Positions 9,290 to 16,512 of a DNA stretch of 32,000 nucleotides are shown here, in pieces. The translations under genes were made by a program, and so were the position numbers. Position 1 is the first letter of the stretch; each line of letters starts with the position of its first letter. Location: the NCBI GenBank assembly GCA_023460395.1, contig JAEWQB010000002.1, positions 11,517-43,516 on the forward strand, given 5' to 3'. The notes beneath the pieces were generated by a model that was not told where the DNA came from, did not search any database, and saw nothing but the letters and a program-made list of their open reading frames with translations. The DNA comes from Pseudomonadota bacterium (lineage in GTDB: Bacteria; Desulfobacterota; Desulfovibrionia; Desulfovibrionales; Desulfovibrionaceae).

Positions 9290-10336
9290 CTATCCGGTGG
9301 ATTTGGCCCATTGTATGGTCCGCTCCAGCCCTTCGCCAAAGTGAACCACGGGGACGAAACCTGTGGCTGCGCGAAATCGTTCCACATTGGCCTGTGAATG
9401 GTAAATGTCTCCGGCGCGGGGTTCCGCCAGACGCACTGCGCTACCATTGCCTGTTTTTTCCGTTGTAATGCGTGCCAGTTCGGCAATGGTGATGCTAGAG
9501 CCTGTGCCCACGTTGTACACGCCGGAAAGCGGGGAGGTGCCGCCGCCGGGAGCCAGCCCCGCAGCCAGCAGATACGAGTGAACCACATCTGAAACATAAA
9601 TAAAGTCGCGGGTCTGTCCGCCATCGCCAAAAATGGTAAGCGGCTCCCCTGCCACGGCTTGGGTAATGAACTTAGAAACCACGCCGCTATAGGGACTGGA
9701 GGGGTCTTGCCGGGGGCCAAAAATATTAAAAAAGCGCAGAGAGCAGCCAAAACCGCTGTCGCGCATGAGTGCGGAGGAAAGATATTTCGCGCGACCATAT
9801 GGGCTGTTATGAAGAGTGGCGTCTGTGGCGTAGTCCTCCCGTAAAGGCAGTCGGGGGTCGTCTCCGTATTCCGCTGCGGACCCGGCGAAGGTGAACGACT
9901 GTATGCCGAGGGTCAGGGCCTCGTCATGCATTGCCTTGGTGGCGGTATAGTTGGTGGCCATAGTCAATTCCGGGTGATCCATGGAAAAGGCCACCATAAC
10001 CACGGCGGCAAGGTGGAAAACGTGGCGCAGGCTCGGTTGCACGGCATGCGCATGGGCGAGTACACCGTGATTTGTTATATCGTGTTCGATGTAGTGAAAT
10101 GCGGGATTATGGAAGGCTTCCGCAAGGTTTTCCGCTTCCGCCTTGGGGCGAATGTCCACCCCCACCACGGGGTAGCCCAGCGCGAGTAAGGCGTCGGTGA
10201 GATGGCTTCCTACGAAACCGGCGCAGCCGGTGACGAGGCAGGCGGGGCGCTCCGCCATCTTAGAAGCAAACGAACCAGCCGATGCGGAGACAGGTGCTCC
10301 AGATGAGGCCGGGGAAGATTGGCGTGACATGGACAT
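9290..10336 (-). CDS. NAD-dependent epimerase/dehydratase (SDR family) with a Ser/Ala-rich N-terminal extension
   Basis: Rossmann motif LVTGCAGFVGSHL and the catalytic context SPYGRAK. Start chosen at ATG 10336 (MSMSRQ...) because AAGGAAATCCCC precedes it. ATG 10258 (MAERPACLVTG) is an alternative without an SD. The track start at 10504 is rejected. Confidence 0.85.
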   Translation of the reverse strand: MSMSRQSSPASSGAPVSASAGSFASKMAERPACLVTGCAGFVGSHLTDALLALGYPVVGVDIRPKAEAENLAEAFHNPAFHYIEHDITNHGVLAHAHAVQPSLRHVFHLAAVVMVAFSMDHPELTMATNYTATKAMHDEALTLGIQSFTFAGSAAEYGDDPRLPLREDYATDATLHNSPYGRAKYLSSALMRDSGFGCSLRFFNIFGPRQDPSSPYSGVVSKFITQAVAGEPLTIFGDGGQTRDFIYVSDVVHSYLLAAGLAPGGGTSPLSGVYNVGTGSSITIAELARITTEKTGNGSAVRLAEPRAGDIYHSQANVERFRAATGFVPVVHFGEGLERTIQWAKSTG

Positions 10337-10427
10337 GGGGATTTCCTTTATACGTAGTGATTGGATCACTATAGCAGACAAGAGCGCTTGCGTGCAAGGA
10401 GGTGCGGGGGAGGGGGCGCTGTCCGGG

Positions 10428-10467
10428 AAAATAAAAGGGGGCGCGGATTCCTGTGGATCCACGCCCC
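10428..10467 (-). terminator. Intrinsic terminator downstream of proC
   Basis: The minus strand reads GGGGCGTGGATCCACAGGAATCCGCGCCCCC followed by TTTTATTTT, giving an ~11-bp GC stem with one G-U pair. Confidence 0.7.
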
Positions 10468-10508
10468 GGCACATATGTATACCCCCCGTCACTTGGGTAA
10501 GCAATGTG

Positions 10509-11306
10509 CTATTTGCTCATCTCCCTGTCGCGTTGGCGGGCAAGGAGAACTGCGTCGATAATGTGACCGCGCACGGCTGTGCGGTCCAGATGGTTCACAG
10601 CGGTAATGGTAACTCCGGCAGGAGAACAAACTTGTTCCCGCAGTACGGAAATATGCTGACCGGACTGCTCCGCCAGCGCCACCGAGCCTTTGAACAACTG
10701 TACCACCATATCTGTCGCGTCCTTTCGTGTAAAGCCTGTGGTAACTGCGGCTTCGATGACGGCCTCCATAAAATGGAACACATACGCGGGGCCGCATCCC
10801 GCCACAGCGGTAAATGCGCCGAACTTGCTCTCTTCCAGAGCCAGCACGGTGCCTATGCCGCTGAAGAGCGCCTCTATTTCTTCCCGGCAGGCCGGAAGGA
10901 GTGCGGGGTCGTCAAAGCACATGGCGAAAATGCCTTCTCCCACCATGGCGGGAGTGTTGGGCATGCAGCGTACTACGGGGCAGATACCGCCGCTGTCTTC
11001 GCGCAGTGCCGCCTGTGTGACACCGGCAGCCACACTGATGATGACTTTGTCCGGTGTTAGCTCCGGCGCGATTTCTTGCAAAACTTGCGCTACTTGCGCG
11101 GGCTTAACCGCCAGCACAATGTAGTCAGCCACGCGGGCCAGTTCTGAGGCGGACACAGCCACGTGCAAGGGCACGTCGCGCTGCAACTGCTCAAGCTTTG
11201 CCGCGCTCCGGTTGTATCCCGCCAGCGAGAGGCCGTCTTTACCGTGTAGTCCTTTGAGGATGGCGGAACCCATGTTCCCGCATCCAATGCAGCCCAGCGT
11301 GCTCAT
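10509..11306 (-). CDS. proC: Pyrroline-5-carboxylate reductase (265 aa)
   Basis: [20 protein letters not shown]... with ProC-type dinucleotide-binding and C-terminal dimerisation regions. The start overlaps the ndk stop (TAATG). Confidence 0.9.
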   Translation of the reverse strand: MSTLGCIGCGNMGSAILKGLHGKDGLSLAGYNRSAAKLEQLQRDVPLHVAVSASELARVADYIVLAVKPAQVAQVLQEIAPELTPDKVIISVAAGVTQAALREDSGGICPVVRCMPNTPAMVGEGIFAMCFDDPALLPACREEIEALFSGIGTVLALEESKFGAFTAVAGCGPAYVFHFMEAVIEAAVTTGFTRKDATDMVVQLFKGSVALAEQSGQHISVLREQVCSPAGVTITAVNHLDRTAVRGHIIDAVLLARQRDREMSK

Positions 11307-11725
11307 TAGCCGGTAATCTCCAGCGCGTTGAAAAAGTAGCCAATTTCAAACGCAGCGGTTTCGGGAGCGTCGGAACCATGCACGGAATTCGCTTCAAGGC
11401 TTTCAGCAAATTCTTTACGCAGGGTGCCCTCAGCGGCGTTCGCCGGGTTGGTGGCTCCCATGAGTTCACGGTAACGCGCAATGGCGTCCTCACCTTCCAA
11501 TACGGAGCAGACTACCGGGCCGGAACACATGAATTCCGTAAGGCTGCCGAAGAAGGGGCGCTCTTTGTGCACGTGGTAAAAGCCTTCTGCCTGTTCGCGG
11601 GTCATGTGGATCTTTTTCATTGCGACTATCCGCAGACCCGACTCCTGAATACGGGCAAGAATTTTGCCTTCCAGATTCCGTTTTACCGCATCGGGTTTAA
11701 CGATTGAAAACGTTTGTTGCAACAT
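11306..11725 (-). CDS. ndk: Nucleoside diphosphate kinase
   Basis: [10 protein letters not shown]...[14 protein letters not shown]...NSVHGSD (active-site His context). Start set to ATG 11725 ([12 protein letters not shown]), which is preceded by GAGGA. Confidence 0.92.
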   Translation of the reverse strand: MLQQTFSIVKPDAVKRNLEGKILARIQESGLRIVAMKKIHMTREQAEGFYHVHKERPFFGSLTEFMCSGPVVCSVLEGEDAIARYRELMGATNPANAAEGTLRKEFAESLEANSVHGSDAPETAAFEIGYFFNALEITG

Positions 11726-11795
11726 GACAGACATTCCTCTCAATGTGTACTTTTTTCACTATGCCGAAGGGGCAACTCCTCCGGCGGGCCACAGA

Positions 11796-13202
11796 TTATT
11801 CAGAAAGCAGGGAGTGGACAGTCACCACGTTTACTTTGCGGTTACGCGAGGCTTCCCACTGCCTGAGTGCTGCGAGGGTTTCTGGATAGGGGTGACCTAT
11901 CACGATGGCTTTACCCGAAGACAGGGCAATGCGTTCCCCTTTTTCCAGTTGGTGCACGATGCTGGGGACATCGCGGATAACGTCTATGAACACGTTGCGC
12001 CGGTGTGCTTCCATACCGCGCTGCTGTGCTTCCGCGAACATAACGGACTTGGGGTGCGTCCAACTGTCGAGTATGAAGAGGTTGTGCTGCTGCAATTCGC
12101 TCAGCACGGCCCCCACTGCCGCCCGGTTCTGGGTAAAGCGAGAACCCATGTGGTTGTTTATTCCCACGGCTTCGGGGACCATCTTAAGGTTTTCCGCAAG
12201 GATTGTGCGGATTTGATCCGCGGTCATCTGTACGAAAAGAGCACCCGGACCGGGCTGCGCTTCCGGGTAGGCCATGGGTTCCATGGGCTGGTGAACAAGA
12301 ATCTCTTCCCCGCGCTTGCTGCCGATTTCCGCCACGCGGCGGGTGTGGGTGGCATGAGGCCAGATGGCGAAGGTGACAGGATAGGAAAGCTGGGCCAGCG
12401 TGTTCGCCGCCTGCACGTTTTCACCAAGGTCGTCAATGACAACAGCCATGCGCGGAAGGGACGGTGCCCCTGTCTGCTGGCCTTTCGACTGGTCTTTTGA
12501 CTGATCTTTTGACTGATCTGGCAGTCGGGCTGTCCCCTGATCGGGCGTGCCGCTCACTGGCTGACCGGGCTGCGAAAGAGCCGGGGAGGTGGCTTGGGGC
12601 TGACCGGAACCGGCTGGCAACTCTTCCGGCGTTGTGCGCGGGGAATTGCCGGTGTTTTGCATCGGTTCTCCGCCGTCTTGCTCCTCGCGTTGAGACAGTT
12701 CCGGTTGGTCCTTCGAGAGGGTCAGGGCGATGTCATGGGTGACAACCCCGCTGGTGGTGATAAAATAATGGGTGTCCGACTCTTTTGCCAGCAGGGCGTC
12801 CGGTGCCCAACGATTCAGTGCGGCGGTGATCGTGGTTGCGAATTCCTGCTGGTCGGGGACCGTAATGCGCAATATCTGGAAGTGATATTCTTGTCCCTGC
12901 TCCGCGCGGGTTTCCACCGCTTCCAGCCGGATAGCCCGTTGGTCCAGCGTCATGTGGGCCAGTGTTTGCAACAGGGCGTAATCGATTTTTTTCACGCCTT
13001 GCTCCAGAGGCGCGTCCAGTGCCTCCTCATAGGGAAGGCTGGTGGCGTTCACTCGCTCCCTCACCGTGGAGGTGGTGTCGGGGGAGCGGAGCAGCGCGTA
13101 AACAAAGACAATGCTGAAAAGCAGGCAACATACTGCGCACAGGATAAGTAGTACGCGGCGGGGCATGGTGATATTTTTGGGGAGGCGGGAAAAAAGGGGC
13201 AT
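11796..13202 (-). CDS. Divergent polysaccharide deacetylase (YibQ-like) with an N-terminal membrane anchor and a low-complexity linker
   Basis: The C-terminal half MAVVIDDLG...FAIWPHATH...VHQPMEP...GINNHMGSRFT...FILDS... matches the YibQ/divergent-deacetylase pattern. An N-terminal TM segment is LLILCAVCCLLFSIVFVYALL. The start is either 13202 or ATG 13166. Confidence 0.78.
   Translation of the reverse strand: MPLFSRLPKNITMPRRVLLILCAVCCLLFSIVFVYALLRSPDTTSTVRERVNATSLPYEEALDAPLEQGVKKIDYALLQTLAHMTLDQRAIRLEAVETRAEQGQEYHFQILRITVPDQQEFATTITAALNRWAPDALLAKESDTHYFITTSGVVTHDIALTLSKDQPELSQREEQDGGEPMQNTGNSPRTTPEELPAGSGQPQATSPALSQPGQPVSGTPDQGTARLPDQSKDQSKDQSKGQQTGAPSLPRMAVVIDDLGENVQAANTLAQLSYPVTFAIWPHATHTRRVAEIGSKRGEEILVHQPMEPMAYPEAQPGPGALFVQMTADQIRTILAENLKMVPEAVGINNHMGSRFTQNRAAVGAVLSELQQHNLFILDSWTHPKSVMFAEAQQRGMEAHRRNVFIDVIRDVPSIVHQLEKGERIALSSGKAIVIGHPYPETLAALRQWEASRNRKVNVVTVHSLLSE
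12477..12524. repeat. In-frame 12-nt tandem repeat (about 4 units) inside the yibQ-like linker
   Basis: The plus strand reads ctggcctttcga/ctggtcttttga/ctgatcttttga/ctgatctggcag. On the minus strand this encodes ...PDQSKDQSKDQSKGQ.... Confidence 0.75.
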
Positions 13203-13235
13203 GTGGCAGCAGCGTCCGTCGTGTGGCAGAGGGAG

Positions 13236-13273
13236 AAAAAACCCTTCCGGGGCGAGGGAAACGCCCCGGAAGG
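13236..13273 (-). terminator. Strong intrinsic terminator between the S41 protease gene and the yibQ-like gene
   Basis: Perfect 12-bp stem CCTTCCGGGGCG / CGCCCCGGAAGG (13243-13254 / 13262-13273) with a 7-nt loop, followed on the minus strand by TTTTTTCTC. Confidence 0.75.
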
Positions 13274-13316
13274 TGGTCAGTATAAGGTATGCCGCAGGCT
13301 CGCTAAGGCGTGCCCT

Positions 13317-14612
13317 TTAGTGGATGGTTTGAATGCGCGGCAGCGAATGGGCCAGTTGCAGGGCAAGGCGCAATTGGTTGTCGCGATCCAGTGCCTCCTG
13401 CGCCTCTTTGCTGCGCTTGAAGCCGTCTTTGGGCGCGGTGCCGTGCGGATCGTCAGCAGCCGGATTTTCTAAATGCCCGTTAAGGTCTTTTTCCCGCAGG
13501 AAACGGCGGGGTTTGCCGTCTTCCTCGCGCGGCGGCTCAAACGGCAGCACGATATCGGGCTGAATGCCTTCCGCCTGAATGGAGGTTCCATTGGGCGTGT
13601 AATAGCGGGCGATGGTCAGTTTTACCGCTCCGCCGTCATTCAGGGGAATAATGTTCTGCACGGAGCCTTTGCCAAAGCTACGCTCACCCACCAGCAGCGC
13701 GCGTTTTTGGTCACGCAGGGCACCTGCCACAATTTCCGAGGCAGAGGCGGAGCCAGCGTTGATAAGCACTACCATGGGAACGGTGATGTCCGAATCTTGC
13801 GGACGCGCGGTAAAGTCCCGGCTTTCTTCGCCGCGTCCGCGAATGGACACCACGGTGCCTTCGTTAAGGAAAGCGTCCGCCACGCTGACGGACTGGTCAA
13901 GCAGTCCGCCGGGATTGTCGCGTAGATCTAAAATGATGCCTTGGAGAGTATGTTTTTTGGTATATTCTCCAATTTTTTCATATAATTCGTCGGTAGTGCG
14001 CTCGGAGAAGCGGACCACCCGAACCCACAGGAATCCGTCATCCAGCACCCGTGTTTTTACACTGATAAGCGGAATAGTATCCCGTGTAATGGTAACTTCT
14101 TTGGGTTCTTTGTCGTTTTTGGAGAGAACGGTCAGGGTAACGGAAGAACCTTTGGGGCCTTTGATTTTGGAGACGGCTTTGCTGAGCGAGATGTCCTGCG
14201 TGGCAACGCCGTCCACTTCCAGAATCAGGTCGCCACTGAGCATGCCCGCTTTCCATGCGGGTGTGTCTTCAATGGGCGCCACGACTTTAAGGATACCGTT
14301 TTCGTCCTGCGTGATTTCAATGCCGATACCGAAAAATTCGCCGGAAGTTGCCTCCTGCATGTCCTTATATTCCTGCGGATCAAGGAAGCTGGAGTGCGGG
14401 TCTAGCGATTGGAGCATGCCCTGAATGGCACCGTCCATCAGATCTTTGCGGCTGACATCATTAACGTAGAAGCGTTCTACCATGTCCAGTATCTGGCTAA
14501 AACGCTTAAGCGAATCAAACTTGCTCTGCTCCTCCCGGGCAAGACCGGGCACAGTGGAAAAGGCGAGAAACGCCAGAGTGACAGCGGAAGCCACCCACAT
14601 GGTAATACGCAT
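13317..14612 (-). CDS. Carboxy-terminal processing protease, S41 family (Ctp/Prc-like)
   Basis: PDZ plus S41 core: ...FGIGIEI..., GDLILEVDG, IILDLRDNPGGLL, VLINAGSASASEI, GERSFGKGSVQ. Start set to ATG 14612 (MRITMWVAS..., signal-anchor-like), preceded by GGAGGA. Confidence 0.9.
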   Translation of the reverse strand: MRITMWVASAVTLAFLAFSTVPGLAREEQSKFDSLKRFSQILDMVERFYVNDVSRKDLMDGAIQGMLQSLDPHSSFLDPQEYKDMQEATSGEFFGIGIEITQDENGILKVVAPIEDTPAWKAGMLSGDLILEVDGVATQDISLSKAVSKIKGPKGSSVTLTVLSKNDKEPKEVTITRDTIPLISVKTRVLDDGFLWVRVVRFSERTTDELYEKIGEYTKKHTLQGIILDLRDNPGGLLDQSVSVADAFLNEGTVVSIRGRGEESRDFTARPQDSDITVPMVVLINAGSASASEIVAGALRDQKRALLVGERSFGKGSVQNIIPLNDGGAVKLTIARYYTPNGTSIQAEGIQPDIVLPFEPPREEDGKPRRFLREKDLNGHLENPAADDPHGTAPKDGFKRSKEAQEALDRDNQLRLALQLAHSLPRIQTIH

Positions 14613-14641
14613 TACAGATCCTCCGAGAGACCGTATCCTAT

Positions 14642-15772
14642 CTAATTCAAAGCTGTTAGCCACGGTTCAGGGTTAATGGCTTTTTGGTGAAAACGCAATT
14701 CGAAATAGAGTCCGGGGCCTTCCACGTTAGGAAAATATCCTGCGGTACCCAGCCTTTGTCCCCGTTTTACCGTTTGCCCCACTTCAAGATCGCTGGCGGC
14801 AAGGTAGGCGTAGAGGGAGTAGTAGGCTGAATCGTGCATGACGATAACCACACGACCAAATCCACGCAGAATGTCATTGTGTACCACTTTTCCTGAGAAA
14901 ACGGAAACCACTTCCGCATCGGGAGGTAGTGAAAGTCCTATACCGCGTGTGGGCGGGGTGGCTCCGGGCGCGTAGCGCAGGGAGAGTAACCCACGGGCGG
15001 GCCACGGAAGCGCGCCTTTGTATTTGGCGAAATCGCCGGCGACAGGGGCGTCCTGTAATTGATAATTGAGGCTGTTGATGACAGAGAGTACGTCTTTTAG
15101 CGTCGCCTCGGCATCTTCCTTTTGCTTGCGCACGGTGCGGAGCTGGCTGTTATAGCGCAATCTGTCCCGCAATATTTGGTCCTTGCTCCGGTTCACGGCG
15201 GCAAGACGTTCTTGTGCCTTTTTTTCCAGTGCCTGCTGCTGGGCCACCGATGCGGCGAGATCCTGCTGCTGCACCGCCAGTTCGGCATATTTACCGTCTA
15301 TGGCGGCGAACACTCGCCCTGTCCATTCGAGATGCCTGTCCGCTTCCTGCCAGCCGGGCGTGTTGGCCCCGCGTCCGGCCTGGCTTTGCGTGTACAGAGG
15401 CCACATGGCTTCCAGCAAATCCGCCAGTTCGGCTTCTGTTTTTTCCTGCCGGGCCAGCAGACGCGCATGCTCCTGCTCTGCGGTGCGGCGGCTTGCCCCC
15501 AGAGCGGTCAGTTCCGCTTCCTGAGCGGAGAGGCTTTTTTCCAGCGCCTGTATACGGTCCTCTGATTGCGCAAGCTCTTTATGAAGGCTGCGTTCGCTGG
15601 AGGAAAGTTTGTTCAGAGTCTGCTTGGTCTGCGCTGCTTTCTTTTCCTGCGCTTTGATATCCTGCGTGAGGGAACGTCCGGCGAGGGCGGCGTTTGTCGC
15701 TCCGAAGAGCAGCACCGCGACACCAAGCAGGGAGAAAAGGACGGCGGGGAGGAGTCGGGAAAGGCGGATCAT
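14642..15772 (-). CDS. EnvC-like murein hydrolase activator (coiled coil plus degenerate LytM/M23 domain)
   Basis: Long Q/E/A/L-rich coiled-coil region, then a C-terminal LytM fold (...GRVVIVMHDSAYYSLYAYL...GQRLGTAG...LYFELRF). The usual metal-binding HxxxD and HxH positions are not conserved (TRGIGLSL, LYFELRF), as in EnvC-type activators. Start ATG 15772 overlaps the upstream stop (ATGA). Confidence 0.78.
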   Translation of the reverse strand: MIRLSRLLPAVLFSLLGVAVLLFGATNAALAGRSLTQDIKAQEKKAAQTKQTLNKLSSSERSLHKELAQSEDRIQALEKSLSAQEAELTALGASRRTAEQEHARLLARQEKTEAELADLLEAMWPLYTQSQAGRGANTPGWQEADRHLEWTGRVFAAIDGKYAELAVQQQDLAASVAQQQALEKKAQERLAAVNRSKDQILRDRLRYNSQLRTVRKQKEDAEATLKDVLSVINSLNYQLQDAPVAGDFAKYKGALPWPARGLLSLRYAPGATPPTRGIGLSLPPDAEVVSVFSGKVVHNDILRGFGRVVIVMHDSAYYSLYAYLAASDLEVGQTVKRGQRLGTAGYFPNVEGPGLYFELRFHQKAINPEPWLTALN

Positions 15773-16443
15773 GCGGTGTCTCCGTGGAGATGGTCGGGCA
15801 GATAGGGAGACAGCGGGCACACTTCGCACCGGGGTGCGCGTTTATGGCACCATTCTTTGCCCACACGCACGATGAGCGCGTGGTATTCATTATATAAGGG
15901 CGCATCGGGGGGCAGCACGTCCATAAAAAACGCGCGTAGTTCGTCATAGCGGACGTCTTCCGGGAGCAGACTGTGGCGTGTACACAGCCGGTGGGTGTAG
16001 GCGTCCACCACAAAGGTGGGGAGTCCGGCGGCGTAGAGGGCAATGGCGTCTGCCGTTTCCGGCCCTATTCCCGAAACGCGGAGCAGAAGGGTGCGGGCTT
16101 CTTCCGGCTCGCGCGTTGCGAGGTTGGTGATGTCATCTTCGCAGAAGTCGCGCAGCCAGTGCATGAGCGCATGCAACCGTTTTGCTTTGATATTGTGATA
16201 CCCGGAAGGGCGGATACACTGTGCCAGATCGTGTTCCGGCATTGAGCGCAGGGCGTGAGGTGACAGTGCGTCTCGCTCTTTAAGGTTGGCGATGGCACGT
16301 TCTACGTTTGTCCAACTGGTGTTTTGCGTGAGAATAGCCCCCACGATAATCTCAAATGGCGAATCGCCGGGCCACCAGTGACTGGGGCCCAGCCGCTCCA
16401 GCATGGAGTGGTACATAGTCATGAGCAGGCGTTCACGCGTCAT
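15769..16443 (-). CDS. Endonuclease III-related HhH-GPD superfamily protein
   Basis: FEIIVGAILTQNTSWTNVERAI, helix-hairpin-helix LLRVSGIGPETADAIALYA, VVDAYTHRL, and a C-terminal Cys cluster CHKRAPRCEVC. The start is uncertain: ATG 16443 is preferred, and the track uses TTG 16482. Confidence 0.78.
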   Translation of the reverse strand: MTRERLLMTMYHSMLERLGPSHWWPGDSPFEIIVGAILTQNTSWTNVERAIANLKERDALSPHALRSMPEHDLAQCIRPSGYHNIKAKRLHALMHWLRDFCEDDITNLATREPEEARTLLLRVSGIGPETADAIALYAAGLPTFVVDAYTHRLCTRHSLLPEDVRYDELRAFFMDVLPPDAPLYNEYHALIVRVGKEWCHKRAPRCEVCPLSPYLPDHLHGDTA

Positions 16444-16512
16444 TGTGGGCCGTATGCTATCGTTTCCCCCGGCGAGTGGCAACAGGTCCGTGGGCTGTCA
16501 CGCGCAACGCAG

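Noticed and set aside
8824-9798. 324-aa minus-strand ORF
   Set aside because: It overlaps the 3' part of tsaA (antisense) and the 3' part of the epimerase gene (same strand, different frame). Its Pro/Trp/Arg-rich sequence has no family resemblance.
10197-11060. 287-aa plus-strand ORF, and the similar antisense ORFs at 11664-12500, 12594-13151, 13612-14424, 16838-17833, 17095-17709, 19452-20261
   Set aside because: All are antisense to clearly identifiable genes (proC, ndk/yibQ-like, ctp, hrpB, SBP). None has an RBS or domain signature, so they are shadow ORFs.
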